Shown piece after piece: positions 38,664-48,001 of a stretch of 64,000 nt of DNA (within the stretch, counting starts at the first letter, position 1; every line of letters begins with the position of its first letter). Source of the stretch: an uncultured candidatus Porisulfidus sp. (GTDB taxonomy: Bacteria > Pseudomonadota > Gammaproteobacteria > Poriferisulfidales > Poriferisulfidaceae); the NCBI GenBank assembly GCA_965214545.1, contig OZ243950.1, forward strand, positions 708,813 through 772,812, given 5' to 3'. The notes beneath the pieces are model-generated. The model ran no database searches and was not told the origin of the DNA. It saw only the letters and a program-made list of their open reading frames with translations. The translations under genes and the position numbers were made by a program.

Positions 38664-38682
38664 ACGCGGTTTGTCAACCTTT
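38664..38682. repeat. copy 3 (variant) of the junction motif: CGCGGTTTGTCAACCTTTT
   Basis: Matches GCGCGTTTGTCAACCTTT with one indel. Located between the lpxA stop and the accessory segment. Confidence 0.4.
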
Positions 38683-38689
38683 TACAGAA

Positions 38690-38737
38690 TCCACACAACC
38701 TACTGGTTCTATAGCGGTAAGGAGCATGATTGGCAGT
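38690..38737. repeat. right copy of the 47-bp direct repeat
   Basis: CTACTGGTTCTATAGCGGTAAGGAGCATGATTGGCAGTGCGGCATGCC. Confidence 0.6.
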
Positions 38738-38759
38738 GCGGCATGCCCCGCCAATCGAG

Positions 38760-39590
38760 TCAGTCCGAACTTTTCTCGCGGATGATGCCGCGGCGGCTCT
38801 CCGCGATGAACACTCGCATCTGTTCCACTTCCGGATGCTCCCCAGCCAGTTGCCGGATCTCGTCCTCCGACGGCCCGCCCGATACGCGGACCAGCAATTT
38901 GTAGGCCCGCGACAAGGCCTCCATCGTCTCCTCGGGGAAGCCGGCCCGGCGCAATCCTTCACGGTTCAGCCCGTAAGGCCGGGCCAGGTTGCCCGACGCC
39001 AGCACGAACGGCGGCAGATCCTTGTTCAAGGCGGAGCCCATACCGCTGAACGCATGGCGCCCGATGCGACAGAACTGGTGCACCAGGGTGAAGCCGCCCA
39101 AGCTCGCGTGGTCCCCGACCTCGACATGGCCGGCCAGCGTCGCGCCGTTGGCGAAGGTCGCGTCGTTCCCGATTATGCAGTCGTGCGCAATGTGCACGTA
39201 CGCCATGATCCAGTTCCGGCTGCCGACCCGGGTGCAGTTCTCGCCCTGGGCCGTGCCGCAATTGAGGGTCGCGAATTCGCGGATGGTGTTGCCGTCGCCG
39301 ATCACCAGTTCGCTGTCCTCGCCGGCGTACTTCTTGTCCTGCGGGACCTCGCCGACCGAGGCGAACTGGAAGATCCGGTTCTCCCGGCCCACGGTGGTGC
39401 GCCCGGTCACCACGGCGTGCGGGCCCACCCAGGTGTCGGCGCCGATCCGCACGTGCGGGCCGATGACCGCATACGGGCCGATGTCCGCCGTCGGGTCGAT
39501 CTGCGCCCCGGCGTCCACCACGGCCGTCGGATGAATGCTCAAGTCTCGAAGCCCGGTTACGCCTCTGCAGGCAGTTCCTTGAACATGCAC
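38760..39590 (-). CDS. lpxA: UDP-N-acetylglucosamine O-acyltransferase
   Basis: Left-handed beta-helix hexapeptide repeats; aligns with E. coli LpxA. The true start may be the TTG near 39530 (SIHPTAVVD). Confidence 0.9.
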   Translation of the reverse strand: MHVQGTACRGVTGLRDLSIHPTAVVDAGAQIDPTADIGPYAVIGPHVRIGADTWVGPHAVVTGRTTVGRENRIFQFASVGEVPQDKKYAGEDSELVIGDGNTIREFATLNCGTAQGENCTRVGSRNWIMAYVHIAHDCIIGNDATFANGATLAGHVEVGDHASLGGFTLVHQFCRIGRHAFSGMGSALNKDLPPFVLASGNLARPYGLNREGLRRAGFPEETMEALSRAYKLLVRVSGGPSEDEIRQLAGEHPEVEQMRVFIAESRRGIIREKSSD

Positions 39591-40015
39591 ATGATCCCGG
39601 CGCTGGCCACGATCTCGCCGGCGACCGAGGCGGTCGCGTCGAACGAGGCGCAGTTGCGGCGAATCCGCCGCAGTTTCACGGCAACCTCCAGCTGGTCGCC
39701 GGGTACGACCGGTTTCTTGAAGCGGGCCTTGTCGACCCCGACGAACATGTACAGGTTGTCGTCCTCCGGGCAGTATTCCGGCGTTTTGAATACCAACAGG
39801 CCCGAAGCCTGGGCCATCACCTCCAGGACCAGGACCCCCGGGAAAATCGGGATCCCGGGGAAATGCCCCTGGAAGAACGGCTCGTCCACCGTGATGTTCT
39901 TGATCGCCCGGATCGATACCCCGGGATCGATCTCCAGGACCCGGTCCACCAGCAGGAATGGATGACGGTGCGGCAGCAAACGCTGGATCTCCTGGATGTC
40001 AAACCCTTCGCTCAC
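39557..40015 (-). CDS. fabZ: 3-hydroxyacyl-ACP dehydratase (GTG start overlapping the lpxD stop)
   Basis: LPHRHPFLLVDRV...GHFPGIPIFPGVL hot-dog fold motifs. Confidence 0.9.
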   Translation of the reverse strand: MSEGFDIQEIQRLLPHRHPFLLVDRVLEIDPGVSIRAIKNITVDEPFFQGHFPGIPIFPGVLVLEVMAQASGLLVFKTPEYCPEDDNLYMFVGVDKARFKKPVVPGDQLEVAVKLRRIRRNCASFDATASVAGEIVASAGIMCMFKELPAEA

Positions 40016-41031
40016 GACTTCTCTCCTTGCTTCAGGGCCCGCACGATCCGGTCGAGCTGCTTGAAGCGGGCGACGTTGCGCAACCAGTCCGCATTCTCCT
40101 GGATGGACGTGCCGGAACTGTAGGCACCGGCGCGGGTCAGGGTCTGGTTCGCCTTGGACATGCCGGTAATGATAACCCCATCGGCCAACTCCACGTGGCC
40201 CTGCACCCCGGCCGCCCCCCCGATCTGGCAGTAACGGCCGATCCGGGCGCTGCCCGCGATGCCGGCATTGCCGGCGATGGCGCAGTGGTCGCCGACCTGA
40301 ACGTTGTGCGCGATTTGCACCTGGTTGTCGATCTTGACGCCGCAGCCGATCACGGTGTCGTCCAACATGCCGCGGTCGATGGTGCTGTTGGCCCCGATCT
40401 CGCAGTCGTCCCCGATCCGCACGCCGCCGCGGTGCACCAGCTTGACCCATTGCCGGTCCTGCCGGGCATAACCAAAACCGTCGGATCCGATCACCACCCC
40501 GGGCCAGACCTGCACCCGGTCACCGAGCCGGACCCGCCCGTGCAGGGTGACGCGGGCATGCAGGACGCATCCGTCGCCCAAGGTCACGCCCTCGCCGATC
40601 ACGCAGTGCGGGCCGAGCACGCTGCCCGCGCCGATGCGTGCCTCCGCGCCCACCACGCAGCCGAAACCCACCTGCACCGGCGCCGCCAGCTGCGCGCGGT
40701 CGTCGACCAGGGCGCCGGGGTGGACGGCGTGCACCACCTCGGGGATCGGGTACAGGGCCTGCAACACGCGCGCCATGCCCAGGTAGGGATCCTTGCAGGA
40801 CAGCGCCGGGGCCGGGCAATCGGTCCGGTCCGGTTCGCGCAGCAGCACCACGCTCGCTTGAGTCTGTTGCAGTTCGGCCCGGTGACGGGCGTGACTGTAG
40901 AAAGAAATAGAGCCGGGCCCGGCGGCGCCCAGGGAGGACGCGTGATCGATCAGGAGGTCCGGAACCGGCGACGGGTCGGAAATCCGCGCGTCGGCGATTT
41001 CCGCGATCTGACCCAGGGTCAGTGACACCAC
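40012..41031 (-). CDS. lpxD: UDP-3-O-acylglucosamine N-acyltransferase
   Basis: 339 aa, hexapeptide repeats, conserved position between skp and fabZ. Confidence 0.9.
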   Translation of the reverse strand: MVSLTLGQIAEIADARISDPSPVPDLLIDHASSLGAAGPGSISFYSHARHRAELQQTQASVVLLREPDRTDCPAPALSCKDPYLGMARVLQALYPIPEVVHAVHPGALVDDRAQLAAPVQVGFGCVVGAEARIGAGSVLGPHCVIGEGVTLGDGCVLHARVTLHGRVRLGDRVQVWPGVVIGSDGFGYARQDRQWVKLVHRGGVRIGDDCEIGANSTIDRGMLDDTVIGCGVKIDNQVQIAHNVQVGDHCAIAGNAGIAGSARIGRYCQIGGAAGVQGHVELADGVIITGMSKANQTLTRAGAYSSGTSIQENADWLRNVARFKQLDRIVRALKQGEKS

Positions 41032-41038
41032 AATTCGG

Positions 41039-41581
41039 TTACGGATTATTCATCTTCTTGAGCACCCGCTCCGTGATGTCGATGCGCTTGCTGGCATACA
41101 GGGTCACGGCCTGGGTGAGAATCAGGTCGAATCCCTCCTCGCTCGCGATCTCGGCGACCACCGTGTTGACCTCTTCCTGCAACTTGCCGAGTTCCTCGTT
41201 GCGGCGGATCGCCAGGTCCTCGCGCACTTCGTCGCGCTTGCGCTCGAAGTCGCGGCGCCGGCGCTGCACTTCGCGCTCCTGCTCAAGCCGCTGTTCCTCG
41301 GACATCACGTCGCTCTCGTTGGTCAGCGCCTGGGCCAGGTCGGAGACTTCCTTATGGAGTTTTTCGAGTTCGTCGTTGCGGGGCGCGAATTCGTTCTGGA
41401 GTTTCTGCCGGGCCGCCACCGCCTGCGGAGAATCCTCCAGCAAGCGCCCGACGTCCACGAAGCCGACTTTGGCGTTTTGCGCGGGGGCGGCCCCACTCAT
41501 GGCAAGCAGTGCCACAGCGACCGCGTGCGACCAGAAAAGGGATGGTTTCTTCATCAGTTGAATGCTCCTGTTGGCGCTCAT
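41039..41581 (-). CDS. skp: periplasmic chaperone Skp (OmpH)
   Basis: Signal peptide followed by a charged coiled-coil body. Alternative start at 41552. Confidence 0.8.
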   Translation of the reverse strand: MSANRSIQLMKKPSLFWSHAVAVALLAMSGAAPAQNAKVGFVDVGRLLEDSPQAVAARQKLQNEFAPRNDELEKLHKEVSDLAQALTNESDVMSEEQRLEQEREVQRRRRDFERKRDEVREDLAIRRNEELGKLQEEVNTVVAEIASEEGFDLILTQAVTLYASKRIDITERVLKKMNNP

Positions 41582-41594
41582 TTTACACGGTCGC

Positions 41595-43949
41595 CTACAG
41601 CGACCCCAGATTGAACTGGTAGGACTCGGTCTTGTCGGTTTCGTGGTCGTTGATCGGCAGCGACAGGCTCATCGAGACCCCCCCGAGCGGCGACAGCCAG
41701 GAGATGCCCACGCCGAACGACGCGCGCAGCTCCTGGAGGTCGAAATCCTCCGCCTCGCTGAACACGTAGCCCGAATCCCAGAACAGGGCGCCGCGCAGGT
41801 TGGCCTCGTCGATGAACGGGATCGGGAACGACAATTCGGCCGAATAATTCAGCTTCAGGTTGCCCCCGTACGGCTCGTCGAACTCGTCGCGCGGGGCCAA
41901 GGTGTTGACCTCGTATCCGCGCACGCTCTTCGGGCCGCCGATCACGAACTTCTGCGAGAACGGCAGGTCGTCGGTGTCGCCGTAGCCGTCCCCGTAGGCG
42001 GCCTCGCCCTTCAGCGCGAAGGTCAGGTCCTCGGTCACCTTCAGGTACTCCTCCTGGACGTAGGACAGGACGTAGTACTCCAGGCCGCTGGCGGGCACCG
42101 TGGCGCGCGCCGATATCTGGCGCAAGGAACCCTCGCGCGTGAACAGGCTGCGGTCGCGAGTGTCGTAGGCGAAGGAACCGATCAGCGACAGGTTGTAGTA
42201 GGTGGCGTCGCAATAGACCGGGTTGCCGCCGGTACTCGGGCTGTACGAGACCTCGATCTCGCCGACGAACAGGCAATCGCCATCGTGATCCGAGAGGAAC
42301 TGCCGCACCAGGAACGACGAGCCGGTGCCCGCGTCGAAGTTGATCCTCTGGAAGCGGGTGGCGAACGTGAACGTGCTGTCGTCGGCGATCGGGATGCCGT
42401 AGCTGAGGTAGGCCGCGAAGTCGCGCGACTCGTACTGGGTCTGCTGGTCGGCGCCCGCCGTGTCCACCTTGCGCGTGCTGAAGCCAAAACTGCGGCTGAC
42501 GCCGTTGATGGTGTAGTACGGGTTGTAGAAGTCGAAGGAGTACCGGGTCGAGGTCTCGCTGTTGTCGAAGTGGATGCCGACCCGGTTGCCGGTGCCGAAG
42601 AAGTTCTCCTGCTCCACGCCGGCCGCCAGCGACAGGCCGCTGCCGCTGCTGAAGCCCGCCCCGGCGGTGAAGTTGCCGGCCAGCCGCTCGGTGACGGTGA
42701 TGGTGAGGTCGACCTGGTCGTTGGTGCCCGGGACCCGGGTCTGCGTGATCTCGACGGTGTCGACGTACGGCAGCCGTTGCAGGCGCCGGCGCGAACGCTC
42801 CAGCTTCGGGGACGACAGCCAGGCCCCCTCCATCTGCCGCAGCTCCCGGCGCAGCACCTCGTCCTGGGTCGTGTAGTTGCCCACGATGTCGATCCGGCGC
42901 ACGTACACCCGCTGGCCCGGATCGATGAAGAAATTGATCGACACCTCGCCCGCTTCCTCATCGAGGTCGGTGACCGGGTTGACCTTGGCGAAGGAATGCC
43001 CTTCCTCGCCGAGCCGGGACTTCAGGCGGCTGCTCGAGGCCTGCGCCCGCGAACTGGAGAAGTACTCGCCCGCCTGGATGGTCAGCAGCGCGCTCAGCTC
43101 CTCTTGCGGCACGATGAAGATGCCGGACAGGGACACCTCGCGCACCACGAAACGGCGTCCCTCGTTGATGTGGACCGTGACATAGATGCCCTCGCGGTCC
43201 GGGCTCAGCGAGATCTGCGCCGAATCCACCCGGAACTTCAAAAACCCGCGGTTCAGGTAGAACGAGCGCAGGCGCTCCAGGTCGCCCGACAACTGCAACT
43301 TCGAGTACTTGCCGGTATTGCCCATGATGTCGTACCAGGCCGGCTCTGAGGATTCGAACAGCTCCAGCAGCCGGTCCTCGGTATACGACACGTTGCCGAC
43401 CACGTGGACCTGCCGGATCGTCGCCGGCTCGCCCTCCACCACGTTGATGTGGATCGCCACCCGGTTCTCGCCCAGGTCGCGGACGTCGACCGCGACTTCC
43501 ACGTTGTAGAAGCCGATTGCATGGTACTGCTGCAGGATCTCGTTGTTGAGCCGGTCCAGCAGCGGCTGGTTGAAGATCCGGCCGGTCGCGATGCCGGCGT
43601 CCTCCAGCACCTCCTCCAGGGTGTCGTCCTTGATCACCTCCAGGCCCTCGAAGGCGATTTCGGTGATGGCCGGGCGCTCCACCACGCGCACCACCAGCAC
43701 GTTGCCGCGGCGCGACACCTCGACGTCGCTGAACAACTGCGACTGGAACAGCGCCCGCACCAGCTCGCTGGTTCGGGCCACGTCGAAATCCTCGCCCACC
43801 TCCACCGGGAGATAGGTGAACACGGTGGCCGCCTCCAGGCGCTGCAGGCCCTGCAGTTCGATGTCTTCCACCACGAACGCGAACCCGCGCGGGGCCACCA
43901 GCATCAGGGCCAGACACAGGAAGATTGGACCGGATTTTGAACGACGCAT
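41595..43949 (-). CDS. bamA: outer membrane protein assembly factor BamA
   Basis: POTRA repeats plus a C-terminal Omp85 barrel ending ...YQFNLGSL. Signal peptide MRRSKSGPIFLCLALMLVAPRGFA. Confidence 0.9.
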   Translation of the reverse strand: MRRSKSGPIFLCLALMLVAPRGFAFVVEDIELQGLQRLEAATVFTYLPVEVGEDFDVARTSELVRALFQSQLFSDVEVSRRGNVLVVRVVERPAITEIAFEGLEVIKDDTLEEVLEDAGIATGRIFNQPLLDRLNNEILQQYHAIGFYNVEVAVDVRDLGENRVAIHINVVEGEPATIRQVHVVGNVSYTEDRLLELFESSEPAWYDIMGNTGKYSKLQLSGDLERLRSFYLNRGFLKFRVDSAQISLSPDREGIYVTVHINEGRRFVVREVSLSGIFIVPQEELSALLTIQAGEYFSSSRAQASSSRLKSRLGEEGHSFAKVNPVTDLDEEAGEVSINFFIDPGQRVYVRRIDIVGNYTTQDEVLRRELRQMEGAWLSSPKLERSRRRLQRLPYVDTVEITQTRVPGTNDQVDLTITVTERLAGNFTAGAGFSSGSGLSLAAGVEQENFFGTGNRVGIHFDNSETSTRYSFDFYNPYYTINGVSRSFGFSTRKVDTAGADQQTQYESRDFAAYLSYGIPIADDSTFTFATRFQRINFDAGTGSSFLVRQFLSDHDGDCLFVGEIEVSYSPSTGGNPVYCDATYYNLSLIGSFAYDTRDRSLFTREGSLRQISARATVPASGLEYYVLSYVQEEYLKVTEDLTFALKGEAAYGDGYGDTDDLPFSQKFVIGGPKSVRGYEVNTLAPRDEFDEPYGGNLKLNYSAELSFPIPFIDEANLRGALFWDSGYVFSEAEDFDLQELRASFGVGISWLSPLGGVSMSLSLPINDHETDKTESYQFNLGSL

Positions 43950-43953
43950 CGGC

Positions 43954-45312
43954 TTATCCGAGAATTCGGGCAAAGTCATTGTAAAGGGCAAGCCCCATCA
44001 GCCCCACCAGCATGGCCACGCCCAGGCGCTGGCCGACCGCCTCGACCGCCGGCGGCACCGGCCGCCCGGTCAGCGCTTCGACCAGACAGTACACCAGGTG
44101 CCCGCCGTCCAGGATCGGGATCGGAAGCAGGTTGAGGATCCCCAGGCTGACGCTCAGCAGGGCCAGCATCGACACGAAGGCCGCGAACCCGATCATCAGC
44201 GACGTGCCGGCGAATTCGGCGATGCCGACCGGCCCGCTGATGTTCTTGACCGACGCGCCGCCGACCAGCAGCTGCCCGATCAGGCGGACGGTCAGGACGC
44301 TGAAGTCCCAGGTCCGCTCGGCACCCAGCACCAGGCTCTCCCCGACCGGATAGCGCACCACGACGCCCAGGCGTTCCGCCAGCTCCGGGTCCCGCGCCGG
44401 CGTCACCCCGATCCGGCCGATCGACGTGCCGGACTGGTCCCGGGCCTCGATGCGGACCGCCTGTTGCCGGCGCTGCCCGTCCCGCTCGAACTCGACCGCC
44501 ACGGACTGGCCCGGCCGTGCGCGGATCAACGCCGACATCCCCTCCCAGGTCGCCACCGGCTCCGCGCCGAGGCGCAGGATGCGATCGCCGCTGCGCAGGC
44601 CCCCCGCCGCCGCCGGCGAGCCTTCCAGGACGGTGCCGATCACGGGCCGGGAGGTCGAACGCAACGGGTGCATGCCGAGCGCACCGAACACGTCCTCGTT
44701 CTTCAGCAACCCCGGCCCCACGTCGATGACCGGGTACGCCACGCCGCCGTCCCCGCGGCGCACCTCCAGGGCGATGACGCCATCGCCAAGCCCCGAATCC
44801 AGCAGCGGCACGATGAAGGCCTGCCAGGTGCGGATCGGCTGGTCGCCGACGGACAGGATTTCATCGCCGGTCTGCAGGCCCGCGGCCGCGGCAGGCGAAC
44901 CCGCCGCCACGTGGCCGACCAGCGGGCGCCGCCCGCTCTCACCGGTCATGAACACCAGGGAATACAGCAGGAAGGCCAGCAACAGGTTGAACGCCGGGCC
45001 GGCGGCAATGATCGCGGCCCGTTGGACCAGCGGCTTCCCAGTGAACTCGGCGCCGTGCTCGTCTTCCGCAATGGCCGTGCCCTCGCGCTTGTCCAGCATC
45101 TTCACGTAGCCGCCGAGCGGCAGGACCGAGACCACCCATTCGGTCCCGGTGCGCGGCGAGACGTGGCAGTACAGGGGGCGGCCGAAACCGACCGAGAAGC
45201 GGAGCACTTTCACGCCGCAGCGGCGCGCCACCCAGTAGTGCCCGAATTCGTGGAAGGTCACGAGTATCGCGATGGCCGCCAGGAACGCCGCCAGGCTGAT
45301 CAACACACTCAC
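43954..45312 (-). CDS. rseP: RIP zinc metalloprotease RseP
   Basis: HEFGHYWVAR HExxH motif, two PDZ domains, C-terminal LDGG motif. Confidence 0.9.
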   Translation of the reverse strand: MSVLISLAAFLAAIAILVTFHEFGHYWVARRCGVKVLRFSVGFGRPLYCHVSPRTGTEWVVSVLPLGGYVKMLDKREGTAIAEDEHGAEFTGKPLVQRAAIIAAGPAFNLLLAFLLYSLVFMTGESGRRPLVGHVAAGSPAAAAGLQTGDEILSVGDQPIRTWQAFIVPLLDSGLGDGVIALEVRRGDGGVAYPVIDVGPGLLKNEDVFGALGMHPLRSTSRPVIGTVLEGSPAAAGGLRSGDRILRLGAEPVATWEGMSALIRARPGQSVAVEFERDGQRRQQAVRIEARDQSGTSIGRIGVTPARDPELAERLGVVVRYPVGESLVLGAERTWDFSVLTVRLIGQLLVGGASVKNISGPVGIAEFAGTSLMIGFAAFVSMLALLSVSLGILNLLPIPILDGGHLVYCLVEALTGRPVPPAVEAVGQRLGVAMLVGLMGLALYNDFARILG

Positions 45313-46475
45313 AGCGCTTCCATCGCCTGCCGGGCCTGCGCCCGCGCCTCGTGATCCGTGCCGATGATGTCGTCGATCCCGCCCGGCTCACCGGACGGGA
45401 CCGCTTCCAGTACCCGCCCCACCAGCGCCGCGATCTGCGGGAACCGGATGCGCCCGCCCAAGAACCCGTCGACCGCGATCTCGTTGGCCGCATTCAGCAC
45501 GGTCGGCGCCAGGCCGCCCGCCTGCATCGCTTGGCGCGCCAGGTCCAGGCAGGGATAGCGCCCGGGCGGCGGCGGATACCAGTTCAACGGGGCGCACTGC
45601 GCCAGGTCCAGGGGGGCCACCCCGGAAGGCAGGCGCCGGGGCCCGAACAGGGCGTAGCTGATGGCCACGCGCATGTCGGCCGGCCCCAGGTGGGCCAGCG
45701 TAGAACCGTCGCGCAGGGTCAGCAGGGCATGGACGATCGATTCCGGATGGATCACCGCGTCGACCCGGTCGGCATCGAGGCCGAACAGCCAGCGCGCCTC
45801 CATCAACTCCAGCCCCTTGTTCATCATGGTCGCGGAATCCACCGAGATCTTCCGCCCCATCTTCCAATTCGGATGCGCGCATGCCTGGTCCGGGGTGACC
45901 GTCTCCAACTGCTCCAGCGGGGTCTCGCGGAACGGCCCGCCGGACGCGGTCAGGGTCGCCCGTTCGATGGCCCCGGGGTCGGTCTGCGCCAGGCACTGGA
46001 ACAATGCGTTGTGTTCGCTGTCGACCGGGACCAGTTCGCAATTGTGGCGGCGCACTTCCTCCATGAACAGCCCGCCCCCCGCCACCAGCGCTTCCTTGTT
46101 CGCCAGCAGCACCCGGCGCCCGGACCGGACCGCGGCCAGCGTCGGCACCAGCCCCGCCAGCCCGACGATCCCGGCCATCACGCAATCGGCCTCCTCCGAG
46201 CCCGCCAGGTCGCGCAGCTCGTCTTCTCCCTGCAACACTTCGGTGTCCAGCGGCTCCGCGCGCAAGGCGTCCCGCAGGCTTTGCGCGGCTGCGGCATCGG
46301 CCAAGGCAGCATAGCGCGGGCGATGCCGGCGGCATTGTTCGAGGAGCGTCGCATGGTCCGTGTTCGCGGCCAGCGCGAACACCTCGACCTGGTCCGGATG
46401 ACGGGCCGCGAGGTCCAGCGTGTTGATGCCGATCGTGCCGGATGAGCCCAGCACCGTCAGCCGCATCGCAGTCAT
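45309..46475 (-). CDS. dxr: 1-deoxy-D-xylulose 5-phosphate reductoisomerase
   Basis: LTVLGSSGTIGINTLD NADPH motif; full-length Dxr. Confidence 0.9.
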   Translation of the reverse strand: MTAMRLTVLGSSGTIGINTLDLAARHPDQVEVFALAANTDHATLLEQCRRHRPRYAALADAAAAQSLRDALRAEPLDTEVLQGEDELRDLAGSEEADCVMAGIVGLAGLVPTLAAVRSGRRVLLANKEALVAGGGLFMEEVRRHNCELVPVDSEHNALFQCLAQTDPGAIERATLTASGGPFRETPLEQLETVTPDQACAHPNWKMGRKISVDSATMMNKGLELMEARWLFGLDADRVDAVIHPESIVHALLTLRDGSTLAHLGPADMRVAISYALFGPRRLPSGVAPLDLAQCAPLNWYPPPPGRYPCLDLARQAMQAGGLAPTVLNAANEIAVDGFLGGRIRFPQIAALVGRVLEAVPSGEPGGIDDIIGTDHEARAQARQAMEAL

Positions 46476-47278
46476 CTCAGCAGTACCCCCTGCAAGGCCT
46501 GGACGCCCAGGGCGTACACCGGCGCGGCGGCCAGCAAGCCGTCGACCCGGTCCAGCACCCCCCCGTGCCCCGGCAGGAGGCGGCCGCTGTCCTTGACCCC
46601 CGCCCGGCGCTTGAGCTGGCTCGCGGCCAGGTCGCCGACCACGCTGAAGCAGGCCACCAGCACGGCCAGGCAGGCAAAATAGAACCAGGCCGCCAGGGGA
46701 AGCTCAAGGGCCCACGCCATCAGAATGCCCGCCACGGCCGTCGCCAGCAGGGCGCCCACCAGCCCGGCCCGGGTCTTGCCCGGGGAGATCTCCGGGGCCA
46801 GGGGCGTCCGGCCGTAGCGCCGCCCCACGAAATAAGCGGCCGTGTCCGCCACGGCCACCAGCACGAGAAATCCCCATACGAACGGTCCCAAAAAAGCTAC
46901 CAAGACCCACCCCGCCACCGGGATGGCCACCCACCCCAGCATACCAAAAAACGGCGTCTCGACAATGCGCGGGAGCGGCGCGCCCGCGATGCGCAGCAAC
47001 GCGAGGCTCCACAGCCCGAATGCCAACCACACCGCATTTTCGAGGGCGGGCGACATCAGGACCCACGCCAGCATCGCGCAGCCCGCAAGATAAGCGAGCC
47101 GCCCCCCGCGACCCCATCCCAGCAGCCCGGCCCATTCCCAGGCCGCCACCGTGCACGCCGCGGCGACGAACAGCATCCACGGCGCCGGGCCCACGCCGGC
47201 CTCGTTCAGGGCCAGCGCCCCCGCCACCGCCCCCAGCAGGACGGCGGCCGTGCCGACGCGCCGGGCGAGCTCGTTCAT
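46472..47278 (-). CDS. cdsA: phosphatidate cytidylyltransferase
   Basis: Polytopic protein with the C-terminal CDS signature (SQLKRRAGVKDSGRLLPGHGGVLDRVD). Start chosen at the ATG that overlaps the uppS stop. Confidence 0.85.
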   Translation of the reverse strand: MNELARRVGTAAVLLGAVAGALALNEAGVGPAPWMLFVAAACTVAAWEWAGLLGWGRGGRLAYLAGCAMLAWVLMSPALENAVWLAFGLWSLALLRIAGAPLPRIVETPFFGMLGWVAIPVAGWVLVAFLGPFVWGFLVLVAVADTAAYFVGRRYGRTPLAPEISPGKTRAGLVGALLATAVAGILMAWALELPLAAWFYFACLAVLVACFSVVGDLAASQLKRRAGVKDSGRLLPGHGGVLDRVDGLLAAAPVYALGVQALQGVLLR

Positions 47279-47985
47279 CCGGCACTGCCCCCGAAACGCC
47301 GGTCCCGTTCGGCAAACCACTCCAGCGCGCGGTCAAATGCCGCCTCGTCGAAATCCGGCCACAGGCAGTCGGTGAAATACAGTTCCGTGTAGGCCAGCTG
47401 CCACAGCAGGAAGTTGCTCAGCCGGAACTCGCCGCCGGTGCGGATCAGCAGGTCCGGGTCCGGTGCGTCCCCGGTGCCGAGCGCCTGCGACACCGCCGCC
47501 TCGTCGAGGCGGCCGGGCGGCACCGCCTGACAGCGCCGGAAGGCGGCCAGCAGGTCCTCGCGGCCGCTGTAATGCAAGGCCACGTACAGGTCCAGGCTCG
47601 GCTGCGGCGGGGCCTGCGCCTCAATCTGCCGGATCTTCGCCCGGGTGCGGGCAGGCAGTCGGTCCAGTTCCCCGATGAAATGCAGGCGGACCCCCTGCTG
47701 CATGAGTTCCTCGGCCTGCCCGTCCAGCGTTTCGACCAGCAGCCGCATCAGCAGGTCCACCTGCGGCTTCGGCCGGCTGCGGTTCTCGCGGCTGAACGCA
47801 AACAGGGTCAGGGTCGGGATCCCGCGCCGGGCGGCATGCTCGACCAGGGCGCGGGTGGCACGGATGCCGGCGCGATAGCCGTCCTCGTGGCGGCTTCCAC
47901 GCTGGCGCGCCCAGCGGCGGTTGCCGTCCAGGATCAGTGCGACATGGGCCGGGAGCTCGGACCGCGGCAAGGTGAATTCGCGCAC
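47275..47985 (-). CDS. uppS: undecaprenyl diphosphate synthase
   Basis: HVALILDGNRRWA and RTGGEFRLSNFLLWQ motifs. Confidence 0.85.
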   Translation of the reverse strand: MREFTLPRSELPAHVALILDGNRRWARQRGSRHEDGYRAGIRATRALVEHAARRGIPTLTLFAFSRENRSRPKPQVDLLMRLLVETLDGQAEELMQQGVRLHFIGELDRLPARTRAKIRQIEAQAPPQPSLDLYVALHYSGREDLLAAFRRCQAVPPGRLDEAAVSQALGTGDAPDPDLLIRTGGEFRLSNFLLWQLAYTELYFTDCLWPDFDEAAFDRALEWFAERDRRFGGSAG

Positions 47986-48001
47986 CGCTCTGCGGAAATC
48001 C

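Noticed and set aside
39557-40450. 297-aa ORF extending fabZ upstream
   Set aside because: Only the last 152 aa are FabZ. The upstream part is the antisense or off-frame of lpxD. True fabZ start is the GTG at 40015, overlapping the lpxD stop.
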